From an uncultured delta proteobacterium (GTDB taxonomy: Bacteria > Myxococcota > UBA727 > VGSZ01), in assembly GCA_963775425.1 (NCBI GenBank), contig CAVZJB010000006.1, positions 160,001-224,000 on the forward strand: a stretch of DNA of 64,000 bases. Direction: 5' to 3'. Below the pieces are notes generated by a model that was given only the letters and a program-made list of their open reading frames with translations, had not been told where the DNA came from and ran no database searches. Shown here in pieces: positions 8,833 to 17,962 of the stretch. Numbering within the stretch: the stretch's first letter is position 1; the number at the start of each line of letters is the position of its first letter. Position numbers and translations under genes: made by a program.

Positions 8833-11030
8833 TCGGGGTCGCGCTAACGTCGTCCGCCATGCTCGCCCCCCTTGTCGTCTTCGCGCTCCTCTCCATCGCC
8901 GATCCCGCCGGCGCCGCGGCCGCCCCCGCCGGCGCCGTCGTCGAACAGAAGAAGGCGCGCTCCGTGTTGGTCCTGCCGCTGTCCACGAGCGCCGGGGTCG
9001 ACGCCGGCACGCTCGGGACCATCACGAGCACGCTCGCCGTCAGCGTGCAGAAGCACGCAGGGCTGAGCGTCCTCACCGGCGAGGACGTGAAGCGCATGGC
9101 GCAGGTCGAGGCCGACAAGCAGCTCCTCGGGTGCGACACGGCGAGCGCGAGCTGCATCGCCGAGATCGCCGGGGCCATGGGCGCGGACCTGGCGCTGTAC
9201 GGCGACGTCGGCAAGCTCGGCGACGTCTACGTCGTGAACCTCAACCTCTTCGACGCGGGGCAGGCCAAGGCGGTGGGCCGCCAGGGCCTCCAGGTGAAGA
9301 GCCTCGACGAGAGCTTCATCACCCAGCTCGACATCGCCGTGACCACGCTGCTCGCGCCCGTCACCGGCGAGAAGACCACGGTGTCGGCGCCGTCGTCAGC
9401 GGCGGCCGACGTCCCCACCATCGACCTCGAGGCCCTCAAGAAGAGCGGGCTCAAGTCGATCAACATGAAGGCCGAAAACGCCCTGGAGCGCGCGCTCGAC
9501 GCCCAGGACGACAAGAGCTCCACGCCGGAGCGGAAGCGCGACGCGTGGTGCGCCCTCGCCGTCGTCGAGGGCGCCAACCCGTACCTCGCCACCGCCACCA
9601 AGGCGTGCACCGAGTGGAAGCAGTACGTGGTCGCCAACCGGGCGCTCGAGAAGAACCTCGCGGCCGACTACGCCACCCTCGCCGGCTTCCTCGCGCTGCG
9701 GCACAAGAGCACCGATCAGAAGCTCGACGCCGTCGACAGCTTCCTGAAGACGTACGCGCGTATCGGGAACCGGCCCATGGTCAGGTCCGTGCGCGCGGCC
9801 CGCGAGCGCCTGGTGGCCACCGGCAACGCGTCCCTCGACGACGCCGACAAGGACGGCCTCACCGACGACCTCGACAAGTGCGTGAACGCCGCCGAGGACG
9901 TCGACGGCTTCGAGGACGACGACGGCTGCCCCGATCCCGACAACGACAAGGACGGCGTGCCCGACGTCAACGACAAGTGCCCGGACGAGGCGGGCGTCGC
10001 GGACAAGGGCGGCTGCCCGGAGACCATCGGCGACGTCGCCTCCAAGGCCAAGAGCGCCGCCGGGGACTTCCTGCACGACGCCGTCGACTTCTACGCGTTC
10101 GACTTCGACCGGCCCGTGATGCTGCGGATCGGCGCCTCCGCCGACGCCGCCGTCGATCCCCTGGGTCGGGGGATCAGCCCGGGCGTCGCCGTCGGCCTGC
10201 GCTGGGCCGCGCTCGACCTCGGGGCGCGCGGCGAGGTCTCGCTCGACAAGCCCGGCTCATTCCTCCTCGGCGGACACCTCGGGCTCGGCGCCCTGCAGAT
10301 CCCGCGCGGCTCGTTCGGCCTGTTGAACCCGAGCGTGGGCGTCGACGTCCTCGGCGCCCCGGGCGAGGGGGAGCTCGTGCTGGGTCCGTACGTCGCCAAC
10401 ACGTTCCGCGTGTGGTGGCTCCAGCTCACGGTGAGCTACCGCTACGAGGTCCTGCACAAGGGGGGCGGCGCGGACCTCCCGGATCAGATCCTCGGCGCGG
10501 AGCTGTCCGCCGCCGCGCCCGCCGGCTCCATCGGCGACGCGCTCGCGGGGAAGGGCGACGGCGGCGACGTCGTCGACTTCTTCGCGCTCGACACCAAGCG
10601 CGACGCGTTCTTCGGCGTGAGCGGCATCGCCGAGAGCGGCCTCGATCCCTTCGGCACGCACGCGGCGCTCGGCTTCGGCATCCACGTGTCGTGGGCGGCG
10701 CTCGAGGCCGGCTATCGCATGAGCTTCGACCTCGACTCGTCCGGCGACGTCCCGCTGCTGCTCGGGGGGAACATCGGCCTCGCCGCGTTCCAGGTGCCGA
10801 AGGGGGACTTCGGGCTGTTGAACCCGAGCGTCGGCATCGACGGCGACATCGACGTCTCCGACGTCGGCGGCGCGCTGTTCGGCCCCTATGTGGCCAACAC
10901 CTTCAACCTGAACGTCGCGCGCGCGCGCATCTGGTACCGCTACGGCCTCCTCGGCACCGACGGCGTGGACCTCCCGGTGCACACCGTCGGCGCGGAGCTC
11001 ACGCTCAACGTCAGCGAGCTCCTCGACTGA
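8829..11030 (+). CDS. Exported multidomain protein: CsgG/DUF2380-like N-domain, helical region, TSP3 Ca-binding repeats, two tandem beta-rich domains
   Basis: Signal-like N-terminus; LLGC...SCIAEIAGAMGAD; DxDxDG/EDVDGFEDDDGCPD repeats; duplicated FGLLNPSVG...GPYVANTF...YRY. Confidence 0.75.
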   Translation: MIGVALTSSAMLAPLVVFALLSIADPAGAAAAPAGAVVEQKKARSVLVLPLSTSAGVDAGTLGTITSTLAVSVQKHAGLSVLTGEDVKRMAQVEADKQLLGCDTASASCIAEIAGAMGADLALYGDVGKLGDVYVVNLNLFDAGQAKAVGRQGLQVKSLDESFITQLDIAVTTLLAPVTGEKTTVSAPSSAAADVPTIDLEALKKSGLKSINMKAENALERALDAQDDKSSTPERKRDAWCALAVVEGANPYLATATKACTEWKQYVVANRALEKNLAADYATLAGFLALRHKSTDQKLDAVDSFLKTYARIGNRPMVRSVRAARERLVATGNASLDDADKDGLTDDLDKCVNAAEDVDGFEDDDGCPDPDNDKDGVPDVNDKCPDEAGVADKGGCPETIGDVASKAKSAAGDFLHDAVDFYAFDFDRPVMLRIGASADAAVDPLGRGISPGVAVGLRWAALDLGARGEVSLDKPGSFLLGGHLGLGALQIPRGSFGLLNPSVGVDVLGAPGEGELVLGPYVANTFRVWWLQLTVSYRYEVLHKGGGADLPDQILGAELSAAAPAGSIGDALAGKGDGGDVVDFFALDTKRDAFFGVSGIAESGLDPFGTHAALGFGIHVSWAALEAGYRMSFDLDSSGDVPLLLGGNIGLAAFQVPKGDFGLLNPSVGIDGDIDVSDVGGALFGPYVANTFNLNVARARIWYRYGLLGTDGVDLPVHTVGAELTLNVSELLD
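10959..11030 (+). repeat. 72-bp direct repeat, copy 1 (3' end of the 8829-11030 gene)
   Basis: 64/72 identical to 13943-14014 by manual alignment. Confidence 0.92.
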
Positions 11031-11140
11031 TCGCCTCGCCGCGCCGGGCGCGCCGGCGTCCCACGTCCACCGTGCGTCTATGCGGTGTTGGCGCGGGCGA
11101 AGACAAGGCTTCGCCGATGGCGGCCGCGCAACGGCCGGCG

Positions 11141-11235
11141 GCCAGCGGATCATCGAAGAAACAAGCCCGATAGGAGTCATCGCCCTTGCGGCCACCGACG
11201 CCAGCGGATCATCGGGGCCACAAGCCCGATAGGAG
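11141..11235. repeat. Two 36-nt imperfect direct repeats, 59-bp period
   Basis: GCCAGCGGATCATCG-N5-ACAAGCCCGATAGGAG at 11141-11176 and 11200-11235. Confidence 0.85.
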
Positions 11236-11427
11236 GTCATCCCTCTGCCGCCGACTTGCTCTGCATGGCCTCGGTGTCGTCGAGCAGGATCGCATGACGG
11301 CGAGCGGTCACGATCGGCGCTGGCGCGGGTGCCGACACGCGCGGGGTGATCGCCGGGTCGATCGCGGTGTCGATCGTCGGCTCGGTCCTACGGTCCGCCA
11401 ACGAAGCCGCCCTGTCGGGCGCGGCGG

Positions 11428-11553
11428 TCACTTGTTGCCCCACTTTGCAAGACGCGCGATCCAGAAGAGCGGTCCTCGCTCCGTGAGCGTGATGACGAAC
11501 AAGTGAACGAGTAGCGCTCCTGCGATGACGCCGGCCGTCTCGATGGTGGTCAT
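11428..11553 (-). CDS. 41-aa small membrane protein (below the ORF-track cutoff)
   Basis: AGGAGG at 11564-11559, then ATG; MTTIETAGVIAGALLVHLFVITLTERGPLFWIARLAKWGNK*. Confidence 0.6.
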   Translation of the reverse strand: MTTIETAGVIAGALLVHLFVITLTERGPLFWIARLAKWGNK

Positions 11554-11579
11554 GCGTTCCTCCTGCGCGGATCCTCACG

Positions 11580-11595
11580 TCAAGCGTTGTGCCAG
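11580..11595 (-). promoter_or_regulatory. Putative sigma54 -24/-12 promoter
   Basis: CTGGCACAACGCTTGA: TGGCAC-N5-TTG with A in place of C at -12; lies just upstream of the small ORF. Confidence 0.55.
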
Positions 11596-11633
11596 CGCAT
11601 GAGCGCCCGCCGCACGCGCTCGACAGTGAGCCT

Positions 11634-11692
11634 CAACGAGATCTCGTTGCGCAGGTTCAACGAAATCACGTTTTGTCAACGAAATCTCGTTG
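11634..11692. promoter_or_regulatory. Three palindromic activator-binding sites
   Basis: CAACGAGATCTCGTTG (perfect palindrome, 11634-11649), CAACGAAATCACGTTT (11658-11673), CAACGAAATCTCGTTG (11677-11692). Confidence 0.75.
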
Positions 11693-11707
11693 CGTTACGC
11701 TGCGCGC

Positions 11708-13312
11708 GTGCGACCCGACGGCCTCCAAGCCCTATCGCTGGCTGCGGCTGCAGAGCGTTCGCTTACGCAGCTGCTCGATCAGGTCGTCGTTGGCCTCGCC
11801 GCCGAGAGAGGCGTGGCGCTCGCGCGCGTGTGGCTCCTCGACGAGGACGCGCCGGTCCTGCGTCTCGCGGCGAGCGCGGGCGCCTCAATCGACGGGCAAA
11901 AGTGGCGACGATTGAACGGAGACTTCAGCGTCATTCCGCTTGGGCAGCGGAAGGTCGGCATCGTTGCGTCGTCGGCGAGCATGATCCTCATCGAAGATCA
12001 CGCGCAGAAGGATCCTCACATCGCGCGGCCGGATTGGGCGAAGCGCGAGGGGATCCGCGCGTTCTGCGGACAGCCGCTGCTCTTTCGCGGACAAGTGCTC
12101 GGCGTGCTCGCTGTGTTTTCACGCGGCCCCATCGACGACACGGGAGCGAGCTTCTTGCGGTCGTTCGCCGACCACTGCGCCGTGGCCATTGCGAACGCGC
12201 GCGCGTTCGACGAGCTTCGTCGATCGCGCACGGAGCTCGAGCAAGAGCGAGACGAGCTCCGCGCCGAGATGTCGTCGAGCATCTCGACAGGCCCCATCCT
12301 CGGCAAGAGCGCCGCGATCACGGAGGTGCGCCGGAAGATCGAGCTCGTCGCCGCCACCGACGCGAGCGTCCTCATCGTGGGCGAGTCGGGCACAGGCAAA
12401 GAGCTCGTCGCGACGGCCGTCCACGAAAAGAGCGCGCGCGCCCAGGCGCCGATCGTGCGCATCAACTGCGCCGCCGTGCCCGCCGACTTGTTCGAGAGCG
12501 AGTTCTTCGGGCACGCCCGCGGCGCTTTCACGGGCGCCGTGAAGGAGCGCGCGGGCAAGTTGCAGCTCGCGCACCAAGGCAGCGTGTTTCTCGATGAGGT
12601 CGCCGAGATCCCGTTACGTCTTCAGCCGAAGTTGCTGCGCGCGATTCAGGAGCACTCGTTCTCGCGCGTCGGCGACGATCAGACGCGCAACGTCGACGTT
12701 CGCTTCATCGCGGCGACGAACCGCGATCTGCGCGCCGAAGTGCGCGCCGGTCGCTTTCGCGAAGACCTCTACTATCGGCTCTCCGTGTTTCCCATCGCGG
12801 TCCCGCCGCTGCGCGATCGACGAGACGACATCGCGCTGCTCGCCAAGCGGTTCCTCGACGACGCATGCCGTCGCTACGGCAAACCGAAGATCGCGTTGAA
12901 GCCGTCCGACGTTGCGTTGCTCGAACGGGCGCCCTGGCGCGGCAACGTGCGCGAGCTGATGAACGTCGTGGAGCGCGCCGTGATCCTCGCAGCGGGCGCG
13001 CATCCTCGCTTCGACCTCGCGCTCGCCGACCAGGCCGCGGCTTTGCCCGACCGCAACGTGAACAGGCCGGCTCACCAGGCGCTCGACGAAGAGGGGCGTG
13101 CCGGTCCGACGACCTCGACGCGCGGGAAGTCGACGTTTCTCACAGCACGGCAGTGGCGCGAGCGCGAGCGCGACAACCTGAGGGCCGCGCTCGCTGCGGC
13201 CGACGGACGGGTCTACGGCGCAGGCGGAGCGGCCGAGCTCCTCGGTATGAAGGCGACGACCTTGATGTCGAAGTTGAAGGCGCTTGGCATCACGCGTCGA
13301 CGAACGCCGTGA
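11708..13312 (+). CDS. GAF-AAA+-HTH sigma54 enhancer-binding protein (FhlA/HyfR-like)
   Basis: GESGTGKE, GAFTGA, FLDEV, FREDLYYRL and WRGNVREL motifs; C-terminal GAAELLG HTH. Start is GTG 11708 or TTG 11690. Confidence 0.93.
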   Translation: MRPDGLQALSLAAAAERSLTQLLDQVVVGLAAERGVALARVWLLDEDAPVLRLAASAGASIDGQKWRRLNGDFSVIPLGQRKVGIVASSASMILIEDHAQKDPHIARPDWAKREGIRAFCGQPLLFRGQVLGVLAVFSRGPIDDTGASFLRSFADHCAVAIANARAFDELRRSRTELEQERDELRAEMSSSISTGPILGKSAAITEVRRKIELVAATDASVLIVGESGTGKELVATAVHEKSARAQAPIVRINCAAVPADLFESEFFGHARGAFTGAVKERAGKLQLAHQGSVFLDEVAEIPLRLQPKLLRAIQEHSFSRVGDDQTRNVDVRFIAATNRDLRAEVRAGRFREDLYYRLSVFPIAVPPLRDRRDDIALLAKRFLDDACRRYGKPKIALKPSDVALLERAPWRGNVRELMNVVERAVILAAGAHPRFDLALADQAAALPDRNVNRPAHQALDEEGRAGPTTSTRGKSTFLTARQWRERERDNLRAALAAADGRVYGAGGAAELLGMKATTLMSKLKALGITRRRTP

Positions 13313-13502
13313 CCGCGGTGCTCCGATCTCCGACAGCCGCTGGCCGAAGAGCGCCCGCCGGCCGCCCTGCGCTGGGCGAAGCTCCCCGGCGACGACAGCT
13401 TCTCCACGTCGAGGTGCGCCAACGCGTTCGGCGCGAGCAGACACAGCCCGTCGGACGCGTCGTCGGCGCCGCACGCATGCGCGATCTCGGCGAGCGCGGC
13501 CT

Positions 13503-13942
13503 TCACCGGGGCGAGCGCTTGTGAACCTGGAAGTCGAAGAAGTCCTGCGACGTGCAGTACCGGCCCGGGTACAGAAACGGCCAGTTACCGGCTTCGCGCA
13601 GGGCCCAGGCGGGCTGTTGATGCAGGTGGCGCTGGATCTTGCCGCCCGGCATGGATGTGGGGGCGAGCACCGGCTTGTTGCCGAGGCCGGGGTCATCGCG
13701 CGCGTGGAGGCCGACGGCCGACAGCCGCACCTGATGGACCTTCTGCGTCCCCGTCGGCGCCACCGCCGGCTGCGACGTGGTCACCACCTGTGTCTTGTGA
13801 TCGCCGCCGAGGATGAGCTCCTCGGTGCGGTGAGGCCGCACCCATTGCTCGGGGGGCACCTGCCGCTGCTGTGGCGGCGGCGGCGGCTGTTGCACCACGA
13901 CGCGCGCGAACAGCGCAGAGTTGACGAGGCGGCGGTCGCGGC
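13503..13942 (-). pseudogene. Probable 5'-truncated gene remnant
   Basis: Protein-like ORF (QQPPPPP...GNWPFLYPGRY...FFDFQ) whose frame stays open up to the repeat junction with no clear RBS/start. Confidence 0.35.
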
Positions 13943-14014
13943 GACGGCGTGAGCCTCCCGGTGCACACCGTCGGCGCGGGGATCACCTTCAACGTGAGCG
14001 AGCTCGTCGACTGA
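13943..14014 (+). repeat. 72-bp direct repeat, copy 2 (orphan gene end)
   Basis: Encodes DGVSLPVHTVGAGITFNVSELVD*, versus DGVDLPVHTVGAELTLNVSELLD* in copy 1. Confidence 0.92.
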
Positions 14015-14020
14015 ACGGCG

Positions 14021-14833
14021 CTACGCGCGGGCTGCGGCGAAGTGCTCGAGCAGCGCGCGGTTCACGAGGGCCGCGTGCTGGTGGGTGACGCCGTGGCCGG
14101 CGTCGCGGATGCGCTCGATGCGTGAGCCGGCGATGAGCGCGTGCAGGCGCTCGCTGTTGTGCGGCCGCACGAGGATGTCGTCCTCGGGCTTCACGATCAG
14201 CGTGGGCGCGTCGAGCCCGCGGAGGGCGCGGACGACGTCGTGGCGCAGCACCGCGCGGAGCTGGTTCAGGCGGGTGACGGTGTCGGCGGGCACGGCGAAC
14301 ACGTCGAGCTGCGCGCCGCTGAACCCGTCCTCGGGGCGGGCGCCGGCGAGGTACGCCGGCGTGTACAGGAGCTGCCTCAGCGCGGCGAAGCGGGCCGCGC
14401 CGCGGGCGGTGTTCGCGCGGAGGAACAGCGCGAGCGCGCGCGGCCGCGGCGCGAGGTGCAGGAGCGAGCCGCCGGGGGACGTGGCGATGAGCGAGAGGCT
14501 CGCCACGCGCGGGCGGTGCCGCAGCGCCAGGTGCAGCGCCACCATGCCGCCCATGCTGACGCCGACGACGTGCGCGCGCGGGAAGCCGACGTGCTCCATG
14601 AGCGCGGCGGTGTCGTCGGCGAGGTCGGCGAAGCCGTAGGACGTCTTGCTGCTCTCGCTCTCGCCGATGCCGCGGTTGTCGAACACGAGCACGCGGTGCC
14701 GGCCCTTCAGCCCCTCGATCTGCGGCGCCCACGCGCGCCCCGAGATGCCGAAGCCCATGATGAGCACCACGGGCGGTCCGTCGTCACCGTGGACCTCGTA
14801 CCAGAAGCGCTGGCCCCGCAACGTCGCGTGCAC
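14021..14833 (-). CDS. Alpha/beta fold hydrolase
   Basis: FDNRGIGES, GVSMGG nucleophile elbow, C-terminal AGH. Confidence 0.9.
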   Translation of the reverse strand: MHATLRGQRFWYEVHGDDGPPVVLIMGFGISGRAWAPQIEGLKGRHRVLVFDNRGIGESESSKTSYGFADLADDTAALMEHVGFPRAHVVGVSMGGMVALHLALRHRPRVASLSLIATSPGGSLLHLAPRPRALALFLRANTARGAARFAALRQLLYTPAYLAGARPEDGFSGAQLDVFAVPADTVTRLNQLRAVLRHDVVRALRGLDAPTLIVKPEDDILVRPHNSERLHALIAGSRIERIRDAGHGVTHQHAALVNRALLEHFAAARA

Positions 14834-14907
14834 GCCGGGGTTCTACCACCGCCGCGGCGGGTGGGCGTGGCCGTGAGCAGACGACGCCCGACCCCCGCGG
14901 CGCCGCC

Positions 14908-16173
14908 TCAGAACTGCGCCTTCTCCGTGGAGCCCTCGAGGGCCAGCGTGGAGGCGCGGCCGCCGCTGATCACCTGCGAGACGGCGTCGAAGTAGCCGGT
15001 GCCGACCTCGCGCTGGTGCTTGGTGGCCGAGTAGCCTTCGGCCTCCGCGGCGAGCTCCTTGTCCTGCAGGCGGGCGTAGGCCTCCATGTCGTCCCGGTCG
15101 TAGGCGCGGGCGAGCTCGAACATCGAGTAGTTGAGCGCGTGGAAGCCCGCGAGCGTGACGAACTGGAACTTGTACCCCATCGCCGCCAGCTCACGCTGGA
15201 ACTTCTTGATGGTGGCGGCGTCGAGGTTCTTTCGCCAGTTGAACGACGGCGAGCAGTTGTACGCGAGCATCTTGCCGGGGAACCTGGCGTGGATGCCTTC
15301 GGCGAAGCGGCGCGCCTCGTCGAGGTCGGGCGTGGACGTCTCGCACCAGATGAGGTCGGCGTACGGCGCGTACGCGAGGCCGCGGGCGATGGCGTACTCG
15401 ACGCCGCCGTTGATGCGGTAGAAGCCCTCGGGCGTGCGCTCGCTCGACGTGATGAACGGGCGATCACGCTCGTCCACGTCGCTGGTCAGGAGCTTGGCGG
15501 AGTCGGCGTCGGTGCGCGCCACCAGGAGGGTGGGCACGTCGAGGACGTCGGCGGCGAGGCGCGCGGCGGTGAGCGTGCGGATGAACTGGGAGGTGGGCAC
15601 GAGCACCTTGCCGCCCATGTGCCCGCACTTCTTCTCGCTCGCGAGCTGGTCCTCGAAGTGGACGCCGGCGGCGCCCGCCTCGATCATCTGCTTCATGAGC
15701 TCGAACGCGTTGAGCGGCCCGCCGAAGCCCGCCTCGGCGTCGGCGATCATGGGCGCGAGCCAGGTGCGCTGGTCGGCGCCCTCGGCGTGCTCGATCTGAT
15801 CGGCGCGCATCAGCGCGTTGTTGATGCGCTTGACCAGGAGCGGCACCGAGTGCGCGGGATAGAGGCTCTGGTCGGGGTACATCTGACCGGAGTCGTTGGC
15901 GTCGGCGGCCACCTGCCAGCCGGAGATGTAGATGGCCTTCAGGCCGGCCTTCACCATCTGCACCGCCTGGTTTCCGGTCATCGCGCCGAGGGCGTGGACG
16001 TAGTCCTCCTCGTGCAGGAGCTGCCAGAGCCGCTCTGCACCGAGGCGCGCGAGCGTGTGCTCGACCTTCACCGTGCCGCGCAGCCGCTGGACGTCTGCGG
16101 GGGAGTAGGGACGCTCGATCCCGGCAAAGCGTTCGGGGATGACAGGGGCAACATTCTTCTTCGCGGCGACCAT
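14908..16173 (-). CDS. aceA: Isocitrate lyase
   Basis: [22 protein letters not shown] and [11 protein letters not shown] motifs; GGAGGAGG before ATG 16173. Confidence 0.98.
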   Translation of the reverse strand: MVAAKKNVAPVIPERFAGIERPYSPADVQRLRGTVKVEHTLARLGAERLWQLLHEEDYVHALGAMTGNQAVQMVKAGLKAIYISGWQVAADANDSGQMYPDQSLYPAHSVPLLVKRINNALMRADQIEHAEGADQRTWLAPMIADAEAGFGGPLNAFELMKQMIEAGAAGVHFEDQLASEKKCGHMGGKVLVPTSQFIRTLTAARLAADVLDVPTLLVARTDADSAKLLTSDVDERDRPFITSSERTPEGFYRINGGVEYAIARGLAYAPYADLIWCETSTPDLDEARRFAEGIHARFPGKMLAYNCSPSFNWRKNLDAATIKKFQRELAAMGYKFQFVTLAGFHALNYSMFELARAYDRDDMEAYARLQDKELAAEAEGYSATKHQREVGTGYFDAVSQVISGGRASTLALEGSTEKAQF

Positions 16174-16242
16174 AAGGCGTACCTCCTCCGGGGCAGGCGT
16201 GTGCACCGCCTACCAAACTCACACTCTCGAGATGTGCACGTC

Positions 16243-17805
16243 TCAGCTCTTGGACTCAGCCTCGACGAGGAGCTCGTACGCCGGCAGCGTCAAGAACTCC
16301 TCGAGCTCGGGTTTCAGGCACAAGGACAGGAAGAGGTCGCGGGCGCGCCCCTCTTCGCTCTCCTCGATGACCACGCGCCGCAACCGCTCTTCGGTCAGTG
16401 GCTCGCCCTCGACGTCGGCGCCGGAGTGCAACCACTGCCACAGTTGGGTGCGGGAGATTTCGGCCGTGGCGGCGTCCTCCATCAGGTGGTTGATGGGGAC
16501 GCAGCCCTGACCACGGAGCCATGACGCCAGGTATTGAACACCCACGCGTGCGTTGGTCCGCAGCCCGGCCTCCGTGCGCCCACCCACGGGCGCACGCAGA
16601 AGATCGTCGGCGCTCACGCGAACATCGTCGCGGGCGACGTGAAGCTGGTTCTTCTCGGTGAAGATGGCGGCGGCGATGGGCACGAGGCCCGGGTGCGCGA
16701 CCCACGTGCCGTCGTGGCCGTCTCCGACCTCGCGGCGCTTGTCGGCGCGCACCTGCTCGAGCGCCTTGTCGTTGGCGACGGGGTCGTCCTTGCGCGGGAT
16801 GAAGGCGCTCATGCCGCCCATGGCGAAGGCGCCGCGACGGTGGCAGGTCTTGATGAGCAGTTGCGTGTAGCTCCGCAGGAAGTGCTGCTCCATGGTGACC
16901 TGGGCGCGATCGGGGAGGACGAAGCCGGCCTCCTTGCGGCGGCGCTTGATGACCGAGAAGATGTAGTCCCAGCGGCCGCAGTTGAGCCCGACGATGTTGT
17001 CCTTCAGCGCGTGGAGGATCTCGTCCATCTCGAACGCCGCGGGCAGCGTCTCGATGAGCACCGTGACCTTCACGCTGCCGGGGGGGATGCCGACGCGCTC
17101 CTCGATGAGCTTGAGGACGTCGGCCCACAGCGCCGCCTCCTTGTGGCTCTCGAGCTTGGGGAGATAGAGGTAGGGACCCGAGCCGCGCTCGAGGAGCGTC
17201 TTGGCGTTTTTGTGGATGTAGAGGGCGGCGTCGAAGAACGGCCCGGGCACCGCGGTGCCGTCGACGAGCATGTGCGCCTCGGGCAGGTGGAGCCCGCGCG
17301 GCCGCGCCATGAGCACGGCGCCGCCGCGCCCGGGGAAGCCCTCGGGGAGCGCGTACTTCTTGCCCGACACCGGGTCCTCGTACGAGAGCGTGCCTTGCAC
17401 CGCCTCCTTGAGCGCGCGCTGGCCGTCGATGAGGTTGCGCCACGTGGGCGCGTTGCTGTCCTCGAAGTCGGCCATGTAGACCTGCGCGCCCGACGACAGC
17501 GCGTTCAGCACCATCTTCCGGTCGGTGGGGCCGGTGATCTCCACGCGGCGATCGAGGAGGTCACGCGGGACGCCGGCGATCTTCCAATCGCCTTCGCGCA
17601 CCGCGCGCGTCTCGGCGAGGAAGTCGAGCGTCTCCGTCTTCGCGTCGAAGCGCGCCTGCCGCGCCTGCCGCTCGCGCAGGAGATCGAAGAGGCGGGGGCG
17701 AAACGCCCGAGAGAGCTCCGCGATCAGCGCGCGGGCAGGGGTGTCGAGGATGTCGTCGACGACCACGTCGGTGGGGGCGACCAGGGTGAGACCGCGCTGC
17801 GTCAT
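16243..17805 (-). CDS. aceB: Malate synthase A
   Basis: DRRVEITGP, MADFEDS, GLNCGRWDYIFS and LMEDAATAEISR motifs. Confidence 0.97.
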   Translation of the reverse strand: MTQRGLTLVAPTDVVVDDILDTPARALIAELSRAFRPRLFDLLRERQARQARFDAKTETLDFLAETRAVREGDWKIAGVPRDLLDRRVEITGPTDRKMVLNALSSGAQVYMADFEDSNAPTWRNLIDGQRALKEAVQGTLSYEDPVSGKKYALPEGFPGRGGAVLMARPRGLHLPEAHMLVDGTAVPGPFFDAALYIHKNAKTLLERGSGPYLYLPKLESHKEAALWADVLKLIEERVGIPPGSVKVTVLIETLPAAFEMDEILHALKDNIVGLNCGRWDYIFSVIKRRRKEAGFVLPDRAQVTMEQHFLRSYTQLLIKTCHRRGAFAMGGMSAFIPRKDDPVANDKALEQVRADKRREVGDGHDGTWVAHPGLVPIAAAIFTEKNQLHVARDDVRVSADDLLRAPVGGRTEAGLRTNARVGVQYLASWLRGQGCVPINHLMEDAATAEISRTQLWQWLHSGADVEGEPLTEERLRRVVIEESEEGRARDLFLSLCLKPELEEFLTLPAYELLVEAESKS

Positions 17806-17823
17806 TTCGAATACTCCGCTCCG

Positions 17824-17929
17824 TGTCAATACTCAGGACATTGTAACCAACGCGGCGCGTTGTCTGCCGTGATCTCGGGCGTGTTTACTTGTTTACAGAG
17901 TTGACAGTTCACGTTGTTGTGTTGTAAAC
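17824..17929. promoter_or_regulatory. Candidate RamB/ScfR operator array in the divergent aceB-regulator promoter
   Basis: AT-rich region; GTTTAC, GTTTACA and GTTGACA in tandem (17883-17906); inverted TGTAAAC (17923-17929); TGTCAA and TGTAAC further left. Confidence 0.6.
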
Positions 17930-17962
17930 TCCAGGTCGACGCAACACCGACACGGAGGGTCC

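Larger units (their letters stand above)
11031..13942. mobile_element. Putative inserted islet, no integrase
   Basis: Bounded by the 72-bp gene-end duplication; visibly more A/T and A/T-ending codons than the flanks; gene remnants at both edges. Confidence 0.6.

Noticed and set aside
11141-11235. Mini-CRISPR (36-nt repeats)
   Set aside because: Only two copies, with five central mismatches, a 23-nt gap and no cas genes.
10959-14014. DGR template/variable repeat pair
   Set aside because: Mismatches are not confined to adenines of either copy, and no reverse transcriptase is present.
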